From positions 16,770 through 80,769 of the forward strand of contig JAZQJW010000077.1 in the NCBI GenBank assembly GCA_045541835.1: a stretch of DNA of 64,000 nt, read 5' to 3'. A model generated the notes under the pieces. That model had not been told where the DNA came from. It did no database searches and saw only the letters and a list, made by a program, of their open reading frames with translations. The position numbers and the translations under genes are program-made. The stretch's first letter is position 1, and every line of letters begins with the position of its first letter. Shown piece after piece: positions 56,878 through 64,000 of the stretch. This stretch comes from Sodaliphilus sp. Lineage in GTDB: Bacteria > Bacteroidota > Bacteroidia > Bacteroidales > Muribaculaceae.

Positions 56878-56917
56878 GATGCCGTGGAGGCACGATAGCA
56901 CGTGCCCCACCGGCATC
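56878..56917 (-). other. GC-rich intercistronic stem-loop between kdd and kamA
   Basis: Minus sense: GATGCC-G-GTGG-GGCACG tgctat CGTGCC-T-CCAC-GGCATC. No U-run follows. Confidence 0.7.
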
Positions 56918-56928
56918 AAATTTCTTGA

Positions 56929-58002
56929 TTAGGCGTAGAGTTCCTCAAAGATCTTGCGCAGCTCGGGGCACTCGCGCAGCTCCTGCAAGGTGAAGTCGGC
57001 ATGACCCTTGGTGTAGCCGTTACCGATGATCATGTTCACGTCGGCACCGATACCCTCGGCACCCAGGGCAGCCTTGGTGAAGCTGGTGGCCATCGAGAAG
57101 AAGTAAACCACACCGTCATCCTTGGTGCACAGCACTGCAGTCATCTCGCAATCAGGCACGTTCACGCAGTTGATGGTGGTGTCGGCCATCTTGCCGTCGG
57201 TCAGCTTGTAAACCAGCTCGTAAACCTCAACGGGAGTCATACCGGCAACGCTCTCGACCACGTCACAGAAGCCGAGGTCCTTGATGCGCTGGGTCGACTT
57301 GGGGCTGTTGGCGAGACCGATTACCTTACCGGTAACGCCTACGCGCTTCTTGGCCTCGTAGCAGCAGAGCATACCGCTCTTGCCACCTGCACCCAGGATA
57401 ACAACGTTCTGGCCATACTGGCACAGCTTGGCGGTCTGAGCGGGAGCACCGGCAACATCGAGTGCGCTCAGCGCGAGCTTCTCGGGCATGTCATCGGGGA
57501 TCTTGGCATAGATGCCGCTCTCAAACAGGATAGCCTTACCCTTGATGTCCACCTGGTCCACGTCGGCGCGGATCTCGAGGATCTCGTCGATGCGCAGCGG
57601 AGTCAGTGACAGCGATACGAGGGTAGCGATGCGGTCGCCCTCCTTGAGGTCGATCTTGCCCTTGAGGGCATCACCGATCTTCTCTACCTTACCCAGGAGC
57701 ATACCGCCCGAACCGGTGCGACGGTTGCGGTGCTTGCCCTGCAGCTCAACGTTGAGGAGCATCTCCTTCTTGATTTCCTCCATCACCTCGGCCTCGTTGT
57801 TGGGATCCTTGGCCTGCTGCTTAGCATAGTTGTGGATATCGGTGAATGAAGCGGAGTCGATATTCAGGGTCTGAACGTCGATGAGGATCTCATTGTCGTA
57901 GATCTCGTCCATGTTGTTGTCCAACTTGTTGGCGGGCTGAGGAAGAATGCCCTTGGGCTCGATTACTCGGTGCGTACCGAATCTGTTTCCGTGTTTCTGC
58001 AT
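56929..58002 (-). CDS. kdd: L-erythro-3,5-diaminohexanoate dehydrogenase
   Basis: 357 aa; N-terminal GNRFGTHRVIEPKGILPQPA; Rossmann VVILGAGGKSG. Pathway context. Confidence 0.85.
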   Translation of the reverse strand: MQKHGNRFGTHRVIEPKGILPQPANKLDNNMDEIYDNEILIDVQTLNIDSASFTDIHNYAKQQAKDPNNEAEVMEEIKKEMLLNVELQGKHRNRRTGSGGMLLGKVEKIGDALKGKIDLKEGDRIATLVSLSLTPLRIDEILEIRADVDQVDIKGKAILFESGIYAKIPDDMPEKLALSALDVAGAPAQTAKLCQYGQNVVILGAGGKSGMLCCYEAKKRVGVTGKVIGLANSPKSTQRIKDLGFCDVVESVAGMTPVEVYELVYKLTDGKMADTTINCVNVPDCEMTAVLCTKDDGVVYFFSMATSFTKAALGAEGIGADVNMIIGNGYTKGHADFTLQELRECPELRKIFEELYA

Positions 58003-58061
58003 TTTTTTCGTTGTTTTTAAAGTGTTAAACGATTATTGTTATTTTAATTGTTAGCGATAAA

Positions 58062-58124
58062 GTTGTTAAGGTCCTTAAGGTTTTTAGGGTCTTTAAGGTC
58101 CTTAGGGTCCTTAGGGTCCTTAAG
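58062..58124. repeat. Seven tandem 9-bp units GTCCTTARG (palindromic CCTTAAGG cores) 11 nt after the kce stop
   Basis: gttgttaag gtccttaag gtttttagg gtctttaag gtccttagg gtccttagg gtccttaag. Confidence 0.9.
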
Positions 58125-58135
58125 GACGGTGGGAA

Positions 58136-58969
58136 TTAGTCCCTCTTGGGGAGACCCAGGATTTCGCGGGCCTCGTCGCTGGTGGCGATGGGACGGCTCA
58201 ACTCCTTGGCGATGCGGACCACCTTCTCGACGAGTTCGCCGTTGCTCTTGGCAAGGACGCCCTTGGAGAGGTAGAGGTTGTCCTCAAAGCCCACGCGCAC
58301 GTTACCACCCATGGCGATAGCGGCAGCGGCCATCGGGAAGGCATGACGGCCAACGCCCGTGACGGTCCAGGTGGAACCGGCGGGAATGCCGTTCACGAGC
58401 CAGCACAGGTTGGCGACAGTGGCGGGCGTGCAACCGGGGACGCCGAGCACGAAGTTGAACTGCATGGGGGCTCCGGGCACTTCACCCTTGCGGGCCATGT
58501 TGAGGATGGTGTCGAGGTGACCCATCTCGAAGCACTCATATTCGGGCTTGATGCCGCGCTCCATCATTCGCTTGCCGAAGGCACGCATTGTGGGCATCGT
58601 GTTGTCAAAAATCTCGTCACCGAAGTTGCAGGTACCGCAGTCGAGGGTTGCCATCTCGGGCAGCGGAGTCGTGTCGGTGGACTGCAGGCGCTCGTCGGGG
58701 GTCATACCCACGGCACCGCCGGTCGACGGGATCAGGATGACATTGGGGCACACCTTGAGGATGGCCTCCTCACATTCCTGGAAACGGGCACGGTCCTGAG
58801 TGGGGGTACCGTCGTCCCAGCGCACATGCAAGTGCACGATAGCTGCACCGGCATCAACAGCCGACTTGGCTTCGCGAACGATTTCTTCCACAGTATAGGG
58901 TACGTTAGGGTTCTGCTCCTTGGTAACCTCAGCGCCGCAGATGGCGGCAGTGATAATCAGTTTATCCAT
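58136..58969 (-). CDS. kce: 3-keto-5-aminohexanoate cleavage enzyme (BKACE family)
   Basis: MDKLIITAAICGAEVTKEQNPNVPYTVEEI...IVHLHVR, 277 aa. Confidence 0.9.
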   Translation of the reverse strand: MDKLIITAAICGAEVTKEQNPNVPYTVEEIVREAKSAVDAGAAIVHLHVRWDDGTPTQDRARFQECEEAILKVCPNVILIPSTGGAVGMTPDERLQSTDTTPLPEMATLDCGTCNFGDEIFDNTMPTMRAFGKRMMERGIKPEYECFEMGHLDTILNMARKGEVPGAPMQFNFVLGVPGCTPATVANLCWLVNGIPAGSTWTVTGVGRHAFPMAAAAIAMGGNVRVGFEDNLYLSKGVLAKSNGELVEKVVRIAKELSRPIATSDEAREILGLPKRD

Positions 58970-59027
58970 TTTTCAGTTGTAAGTTTTTAGTTTTAAGTTG
59001 CAAGTATGATTACTATCGCCTAAAACG
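58970..59027. repeat. Intergenic family member (kal-kce spacer) carrying the tatcgcct core
   Basis: cagttgtaagtttttagttttaagttgcaagtatgattactatcgcct. Confidence 0.8.
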
Positions 59028-59417
59028 TTATTTCTTGCGCTGGCAGTCCTTGGGAGTCACGCAGGTGCCTGATGCGCGGCAAACGATGATGGGCTCTTCA
59101 AGGATGTCGGCTGCCGAGTCCGAAATGTCGGGGCGGGCCTTGGCCACCTTGCGGGCCTCAAAAATCATGTGACGTGAAGTATTGCCCTCGCGGTCAATCC
59201 AACCCTCGGCCTCGATGAAGTCACCGGCATAGACAGGTGCCAGGAACTCGATATTGTCGTAGGCGCAGAAGAGTCCTTCGTCGCCGTCACGCATAATCAA
59301 TAACTCGGTTGCCACGTCACCGAACAAGTGTACCATGTGGGCTCCGTCAACCAGATTGCCACCGTAGTGGGCATCCTTTGCGCTCATGCGCAATCTGATC
59401 ATTGTCTTGTATTCCAT
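59028..59417 (-). CDS. kal: 3-aminobutyryl-CoA ammonia-lyase (hotdog fold)
   Basis: 129 aa; [21 protein letters not shown]... Pathway context. Confidence 0.85.
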   Translation of the reverse strand: MEYKTMIRLRMSAKDAHYGGNLVDGAHMVHLFGDVATELLIMRDGDEGLFCAYDNIEFLAPVYAGDFIEAEGWIDREGNTSRHMIFEARKVAKARPDISDSAADILEEPIIVCRASGTCVTPKDCQRKK

Positions 59418-59464
59418 GTTTTTCTTAGTTTTAAGTACAATTACTGTCGCCTGATAGCTAATCC
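59418..59464. repeat. Intergenic family member (atoD-kal spacer) carrying the tgtcgcctg core
   Basis: cttagttttaagtacaattactgtcgcctga. Confidence 0.75.
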
Positions 59465-60115
59465 TTACTGCTCAACATAGATGCCGTCAACATAGATACC
59501 GGAAGCATGAACGTGCTCGGGAGCGATTTCGCCAACGGGAACCAGCTTCTCGGCCTCGACAACGACATAGTCGGCAGCGGTGGCCATCAGCGGGTTGAAG
59601 TTGTTGGTGGTACCCAGGAACACCATGTTGCCAAACTCATCGACGATGTTAGCGCGCAGGAAGGCGATGTCGGCACGCAGGGGCTTCTCCAGCAGGTAAT
59701 CCTTTCCATCGACCGTAACAATGTCCTTGCCGTCGGCCATGATGGTGCCCAGACCAGTGGGAGTGAGCACGCCACCGAGGCCAGCGCCAGCAGCACGGAT
59801 ACGCTCTGCCAGTGTACCCTGGGGCACGTACTCGACGATGAGGGTTCCCTCATTCTTCTGCAATGCGGTCTGTTTGTTGGTTCCCGTGTGGGACACGATA
59901 GCCTTCTTCACCTGGTGATTGGAAACCAGCTTGCCATGAGCCACCTCGTCATAGGCGGTGTCGTTTGCAATGATGGTCAAGTCTTTTACACCCTTTTCTA
60001 CAATAGCGTCAATGATCTGGGTGGCACTGCCATTACCCAAGAAACCGCCAAACATAATAGTCATGCCGTCCTGTACTTTTTCAACGGCTTGTTCCAATGT
60101 GATTTGTTTGTTCAT
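59465..60115 (-). CDS. atoD: 3-oxoacid/butyrate-acetoacetate CoA-transferase subunit A
   Basis: [14 protein letters not shown]..., 216 aa. First gene of the cluster. Confidence 0.9.
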   Translation of the reverse strand: MNKQITLEQAVEKVQDGMTIMFGGFLGNGSATQIIDAIVEKGVKDLTIIANDTAYDEVAHGKLVSNHQVKKAIVSHTGTNKQTALQKNEGTLIVEYVPQGTLAERIRAAGAGLGGVLTPTGLGTIMADGKDIVTVDGKDYLLEKPLRADIAFLRANIVDEFGNMVFLGTTNNFNPLMATAADYVVVEAEKLVPVGEIAPEHVHASGIYVDGIYVEQ

Positions 60116-60160
60116 AATGTTTATGTTTTGGAATATATTGGTTTATGTCATAATAGGCTG

Positions 60161-60168
60161 CAAATATA
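60161..60168 (-). promoter_or_regulatory. -7 box TATATTTG for the lysine/butyrate cluster
   Basis: Exact TAnnTTTG match about 45 nt upstream of the atoD ATG. Confidence 0.55.
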
Positions 60169-60218
60169 GAAAAATTTCCCCAATTTCAGGCCTTTTCACA
60201 ACACTTTTTATTAACTTT

Positions 60219-60237
60219 TTATCTATTATATAGATAA
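60219..60237. promoter_or_regulatory. Perfect 8+8 palindrome TTATCTAT-tat-ATAGATAA upstream of the cluster promoter (candidate operator)
   Basis: Read directly from the sequence. Lies 51-69 nt upstream of the -7 box in minus sense. Confidence 0.45.
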
Positions 60238-60388
60238 CTGCTATAATTACAGTGCTTTGACTTTATCGGCAAGTGGATGCATGTAGATTGGCCAACAATA
60301 TGTCATTCATTTATCCTCAAATTCATAATCCACGATTCAATAACCTAAAAATAACATGTCAAAGATTTGTTTATACAAAAAAAACAAG

Positions 60389-60396
60389 TAACTTTG
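60389..60396 (+). promoter_or_regulatory. -7 box TAACTTTG for the gene at 60510
   Basis: Exact TAnnTTTG match about 114 nt upstream of the ATG. Confidence 0.45.
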
Positions 60397-60509
60397 CATT
60401 TTGAGATAAGAACCCGGGGTGCGCAAGGGCGTCGTGGGAAAATATCAACATATAATCCTAATACACAATAGATTACTTTTATTGTTTAACCAACTTATAC
60501 TAACCAATT

Positions 60510-61397
60510 ATGACCAAACATTTACTTTTTACGCTTGTTGCCGTATTGGCAAGTTTATGCATGAATGCTTCACCCTCGGTAGACTATACCGTTGACGCTG
60601 TGGGCACCGATTTCATTACCATCACTTTCACGCCCAATGCTGAGGCTGCGGGTTATGCCATCTGCCTGTTCGATGCCGGCACCGCCGAGCAGCAGTTTGC
60701 CATGTTTGGCCCCTGGATGGGTTTCCAGACCATGGGCGACATGATCAAGGCATGGGGTATCACCAAGACCGAGACTTACCAGCACACCTGGAACAACCAG
60801 TCCCCTGGCAAGGACTACGAGATTTACGTTCAATGCTGGGATGCCGACGGCGTGGATGCCGACATGATTATCATCCCCGTTACCACGGCCAGTATGGGAG
60901 GCTCCGGCGAAGCCGTGATGACCATCGAGATTGGCGAGTTTGGCGGTGATGAGGAATTCGGCTACTACCAGTGGGTGACCTATATTCCCAACGAGGAAGT
61001 GGCAGTTCACCACGACATCATCATCCTGCTCTCGGCCTTTGAGTCCGAGGAGTGGGGCATCGAAAACGTGACTAACTACCTCAAGCAGGATAATCCGTAT
61101 GACCCCTATTGGGACCAGTATGGCATCGACGAGGCTCAATGGAATGCCGAGCCAAACACCTGGTACATCGCCTTCTCTATCGGCAAGAACGCCAACGGCG
61201 AATGGGGACCCTTGGCTTCGCAGCAGTTCAAGACTCCTGGCACAACCGGCATCAACGAGGTGGCTGGTGACAAGCAGGTTGCCGGCGTGCGCTACTTCAA
61301 TATGGCCGGCCAGGAAATGACCGAGGCTAACGGCCTGACCATTGTTGTCACCACCTACACCGATGGCTCCACCAAGACCACAAAGGTGATGAAGTAA
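60510..61397 (+). CDS. Secreted hypothetical protein with a T9SS-type C-terminal sorting domain
   Basis: Signal peptide. The last ~70 aa (GINEVAGDKQVAGVRYFNMAGQEM...TIVVTTYTDGSTKTTKVMK) fit the Por-secretion tail pattern. Confidence 0.7.
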   Translation: MTKHLLFTLVAVLASLCMNASPSVDYTVDAVGTDFITITFTPNAEAAGYAICLFDAGTAEQQFAMFGPWMGFQTMGDMIKAWGITKTETYQHTWNNQSPGKDYEIYVQCWDADGVDADMIIIPVTTASMGGSGEAVMTIEIGEFGGDEEFGYYQWVTYIPNEEVAVHHDIIILLSAFESEEWGIENVTNYLKQDNPYDPYWDQYGIDEAQWNAEPNTWYIAFSIGKNANGEWGPLASQQFKTPGTTGINEVAGDKQVAGVRYFNMAGQEMTEANGLTIVVTTYTDGSTKTTKVMK

Positions 61398-61413
61398 TCT
61401 GCAACTCATCTAA

Positions 61414-61454
61414 GAAAATCGGTTCTCAACAGCTGTTGAGAACCGATTTCTTTG
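61414..61454. terminator. Bidirectional terminator (perfect palindrome)
   Basis: GAAAATCGGTTCTCAACAG/CTGTTGAGAACCGATTTTC-type stem between convergent genes. Confidence 0.85.
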
Positions 61455-61476
61455 TCTAAAGGGAGGGGTATCCTCT

Positions 61477-63654
61477 TTATTTCAGATAGTCATCGAAGTA
61501 GCGCGTGATACGCTCGTGCAGGTGCACGCTCTGGTGACCGCGCATGTTGTGACCCTGACCGGGATAAACGTAGAAATCGGGCTGTGTGCCGGCTGCGATA
61601 CAGGCTTTCAGGAAGCTGTAAGCGTGCTGGGGTACCACGGTCGGGTCATTGAGGCCGATGATGATTTGGAGACGGCCCTTGAGGTCCTTGGCCTTGTGGA
61701 TAAGGCTTGTCTGGGCATAGCCCTCGGGGTTGGTTTGCGGCGTGTCCATGTAGCGCTCGCCGTACATCACCTCATACCATTTCCAGTCGATGACGGGACC
61801 GCCGGCAACACCCACCTTGAACACGTCAGGATAGTTGGTCATCAGGCTGATGGTCATGAAACCGCCAAAGCTCCATCCGTGCACGCCCAAGCGTGCGGTA
61901 TCAACATAGTTGAGCGTCCTGAGGAAGTCCACGCCACACATCTGGTCCTGCATCTCGACCTGTCCCAGGTGGCGGAAAGTGGCCTGCTCAAAATCACGGC
62001 CACGGTTCTCACTGCCGCGGTTGTCAAGGATGAACAGTACATAGCCTCGCTGTGCCATATAGGTTTCCCAACTGCGGCTACTCCAATGCCAGCGCGCATC
62101 CACGTTGTGGGCATGTGGGCCGCCATAGACATAGACCACCGTGGGATACTTCTTGCTCTCATCAAAGTCGGGGGGCAATACCAGGCGGTAGTACAGGTCG
62201 GTCACGCCGTCGGCAGCCTTGATGGTACCGCAACGGTAGTCGGGCACGGCATAGCCTTCCCATGGATCGGGTGCAGTGAAGTAGCGCATATCCTCGCCCG
62301 TGCGGGTGTTAACGATGGAGATATGGCGGGCAACTTCGGGCTCCTGATAACTGTCGATGAGGTATTGACCGTTGGCGCTCAGGCGCCCTGTGTGCCAACC
62401 TTTGCCGCCCTCGTCAACGAGGGTCATCTTGCCGGTGGCCACGTCCACTCGGTAGAGGTTTTGCTGGATGGGGCTTGCGGCATTGGCGCTGATGATGACG
62501 GCCTTTTCCTTCTCATCAAAGCCCAACAGTTCCATCACCACCCATTTTCCTCGGGTGAGCTGCTTTACCAACTTGCCAGCAGTGTCATACAGATAGAGGT
62601 GATTGTAGCCGTCTTTCTCGCTCCACAGGAGGAATTTCTCCTTATCCCACGGCAGGAATGTAATGGGGTGCTGGGGCTCGACATACTTGGGATGGCTCTC
62701 GTGATAGAGCGAGTTGAGGCGGTTGCCTGTCACGGCATCATAGGCCACGAGGTCCACCTCGTTCTGGTCACGGTTGCCCTCCATCATGTAGACGATGTTG
62801 CCGTCGGGATTCCACGAGATGTTGGAGAAATAGCGGTCGGTGGGGTCGCCGGCCTTGAGATAGACCGTGTCGCCCGTTGCCACATCGAACACTCCCACCC
62901 ACACCAGATGGGAGGTCTGACCCGCCATCGGGTATTTCTCGGGAGCAGGCGTGGCGATGATGTGGGTGCTGTCGTCAATCTCGGGGACGGTAATCAAGGG
63001 GTAATCGGTCACCATGCTCTGATCCATGCGATAGAAGGCCAAGCGAGTACCCTGCTGATTCCAGAACAGACCGCCCTCGATACCGAACTCGTTGCGGTGC
63101 ACGCTCTGGCCGTAAACCATGTCACGAGAGCCGTCGCTGGTCACTTGACGGGTATTGCCAGCGCCATCGGTCACATAGAGGTTATCGTCCTTGACGTAGG
63201 CGTTAGCGCGGCTCTGCTTGTTCCACTCGCTCGCCTGATAACCGTTCAGGGGCTGACGCCACACCACCTTACCCTTCTTGAAGTCGATGAGCATGCGTTC
63301 GTCCTGCGCGTTATGGGCCAATGCCAGCGGCTGGTCGGGATACGGGAAGGAAACCACCGCCAAAATGCGCTCCTGCTCGGTCAACCGGGCACGCTTGTCA
63401 ATTTGGGCGAGTGTAAACAGCAGTTTCTCCTTACCCGTGACGGGATTCACCGTCCAGCAGGTGTCACCCTTGCTCGACATGTGAATCAACTGGTTGCCCC
63501 ACCAGGTGAGCGAACGATTCTGGGGAATCATGTTACGGTAATTGGTTCCTCCGAAGTTCAAATCCTCGAGCGTGAACTGTTGCTGTGACAGCACGGGCAG
63601 CGCCAACAGAACTGCCATCAACAGCGTCAGGCCATGTCGTTTAGTCATTCTCAT
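61477..63654 (-). CDS. dpp4: Dipeptidyl-peptidase IV (S9B prolyl oligopeptidase family)
   Basis: Signal peptide; DPPIV N-terminal propeller; GWSFGGFM serine motif; 725 aa. Confidence 0.9.
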   Translation of the reverse strand: MRMTKRHGLTLLMAVLLALPVLSQQQFTLEDLNFGGTNYRNMIPQNRSLTWWGNQLIHMSSKGDTCWTVNPVTGKEKLLFTLAQIDKRARLTEQERILAVVSFPYPDQPLALAHNAQDERMLIDFKKGKVVWRQPLNGYQASEWNKQSRANAYVKDDNLYVTDGAGNTRQVTSDGSRDMVYGQSVHRNEFGIEGGLFWNQQGTRLAFYRMDQSMVTDYPLITVPEIDDSTHIIATPAPEKYPMAGQTSHLVWVGVFDVATGDTVYLKAGDPTDRYFSNISWNPDGNIVYMMEGNRDQNEVDLVAYDAVTGNRLNSLYHESHPKYVEPQHPITFLPWDKEKFLLWSEKDGYNHLYLYDTAGKLVKQLTRGKWVVMELLGFDEKEKAVIISANAASPIQQNLYRVDVATGKMTLVDEGGKGWHTGRLSANGQYLIDSYQEPEVARHISIVNTRTGEDMRYFTAPDPWEGYAVPDYRCGTIKAADGVTDLYYRLVLPPDFDESKKYPTVVYVYGGPHAHNVDARWHWSSRSWETYMAQRGYVLFILDNRGSENRGRDFEQATFRHLGQVEMQDQMCGVDFLRTLNYVDTARLGVHGWSFGGFMTISLMTNYPDVFKVGVAGGPVIDWKWYEVMYGERYMDTPQTNPEGYAQTSLIHKAKDLKGRLQIIIGLNDPTVVPQHAYSFLKACIAAGTQPDFYVYPGQGHNMRGHQSVHLHERITRYFDDYLK

Positions 63655-63692
63655 AGTCAGTAGGTTTGATGTTATTGGTTGATATCTGGATG

Positions 63693-63700
63693 CAAATTTA
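63693..63700 (-). promoter_or_regulatory. -7 box TAAATTTG upstream of dpp4
   Basis: Exact TAnnTTTG match 38 nt upstream of the ATG. Confidence 0.5.
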
Positions 63701-63876
63701 CTTCTTTATTCTGAAAACAGCGCAAATCTTCGGCAACTTTGCTCTTATGAATCTGGAAATCGGCCTGCTGACACACCCCCTGGACAGCAACGAATAGCCG
63801 CAACCGCGTTTTTGCAGGACCTGTTGGGCTGCCACATCAAGACTGAGAAGCCCGTTGTTTACAGATGCCCTGCTGA

Positions 63877-63914
63877 CAAAAAAATCGCCCCGCTGACGAA
63901 TGGTCAGCAGGGCG
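63877..63914 (-). terminator. Rho-independent terminator for the gene entering from the right edge
   Basis: Minus sense: CGCCCTGCTGAC cattc GTCAGCGGGGCG followed by ATTTTTTTG. Confidence 0.75.
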
Positions 63915-63952
63915 AAATTTTGAGTTAATTAACCGTTAGGTTCAATCGCGAA

Positions 63953-64000
63953 TTAGTCCTTAACGATGAGTTCGCAGATCGAAACGCGGTTCCAGCTGAG
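63953..64000 (-). CDS. 3' end (15 codons) of an unidentified gene continuing beyond the window
   Basis: Open frame ...LSWNRVSICELIVKD-TAA followed by a terminator. Too short to identify. Confidence 0.3.
   Translation of the reverse strand, partial: LSWNRVSICELIVKD

Noticed and set aside
58048-58320. Track ORF encoding MLAIKLLRSLRFLGSLRSLGSLGSL...
   Set aside because: It is an artefact of translating the 9-bp tandem repeat and then the antisense of kce.
1-64000. Search by eye for tRNA, rRNA, tmRNA, RNase P RNA, integrase/transposase genes, reverse transcriptase (retron/DGR), and toxin-antitoxin pairs of known families.
   Set aside because: I recognised none of these. Intergenic regions are mostly under 400 nt and are accounted for by the promoters, terminators and repeats listed. 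Covariance-model scans are still needed to be sure.

Overview
This is a Bacteroidales-type chromosomal segment. The evidence is a SusC/SusD pair, lipoprotein signal peptides, a T9SS-type C-terminal sorting tail, and TAnnTTTG -7 boxes upstream of many genes. I saw no rRNA, tRNA, CRISPR array, transposase or integrase by eye. Layout: (1) 1-13.3 kb is a mosaic accessory, defence-like island that is partly AT-rich. It holds two secreted coiled-coil/TPR paralogs plus a membrane-anchored TIR protein. It also holds an AAA+ ATPase with an NT5C-type deoxyribonucleotidase, two small paralogous proteins ending in PLAA, a small LRR protein, and McrBC. (2) 13.4-14.7 kb is a C10 (streptopain-like) cysteine protease broken by one in-frame TGA. 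(3) 14.7-32.3 kb is a beta-glucan utilisation locus: GH3, a membrane HTH regulator, SusC, SusD, a surface lipoprotein, BACON-GH16, and a GH5-GH3 fusion. (4) About 32.48-32.58 kb is a promoter- and terminator-bounded structured small RNA candidate lying between convergent genes. (5) 32.7-39.4 kb holds a TonB-dependent receptor, a BACON/OB-fold lipoprotein and an NPP phosphodiesterase, with a long structured leader. (6) 39.5-44.7 kb is housekeeping: D-Ala-D-Ala dipeptidase, a RelA/SpoT homolog and small genes. (7) 44.8-60.1 kb is a 15-gene co-directional lysine-to-butyrate fermentation cluster (atoD-kal-kce-kdd-kamA-Ploop-MutSlike-kamD-kamE-atoA-crt-hbd-bcd-etfB-etfA). Its intercistronic spacers are filled with an unusual family of heptad/nonamer tandem repeats and long palindromic elements. 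(8) 60.5-64 kb holds a T9SS-tailed secreted protein, DPP-IV, and a gene fragment at the right edge. The best candidates for something undescribed are the TPR/TIR trio, the AAA+/deoxyribonucleotidase module with its shared 39-nt leader and PLAA-tailed small proteins, and the intergenic repeat family in the lysine/butyrate operon. All functional calls come from motif recognition by eye. No database search was run.
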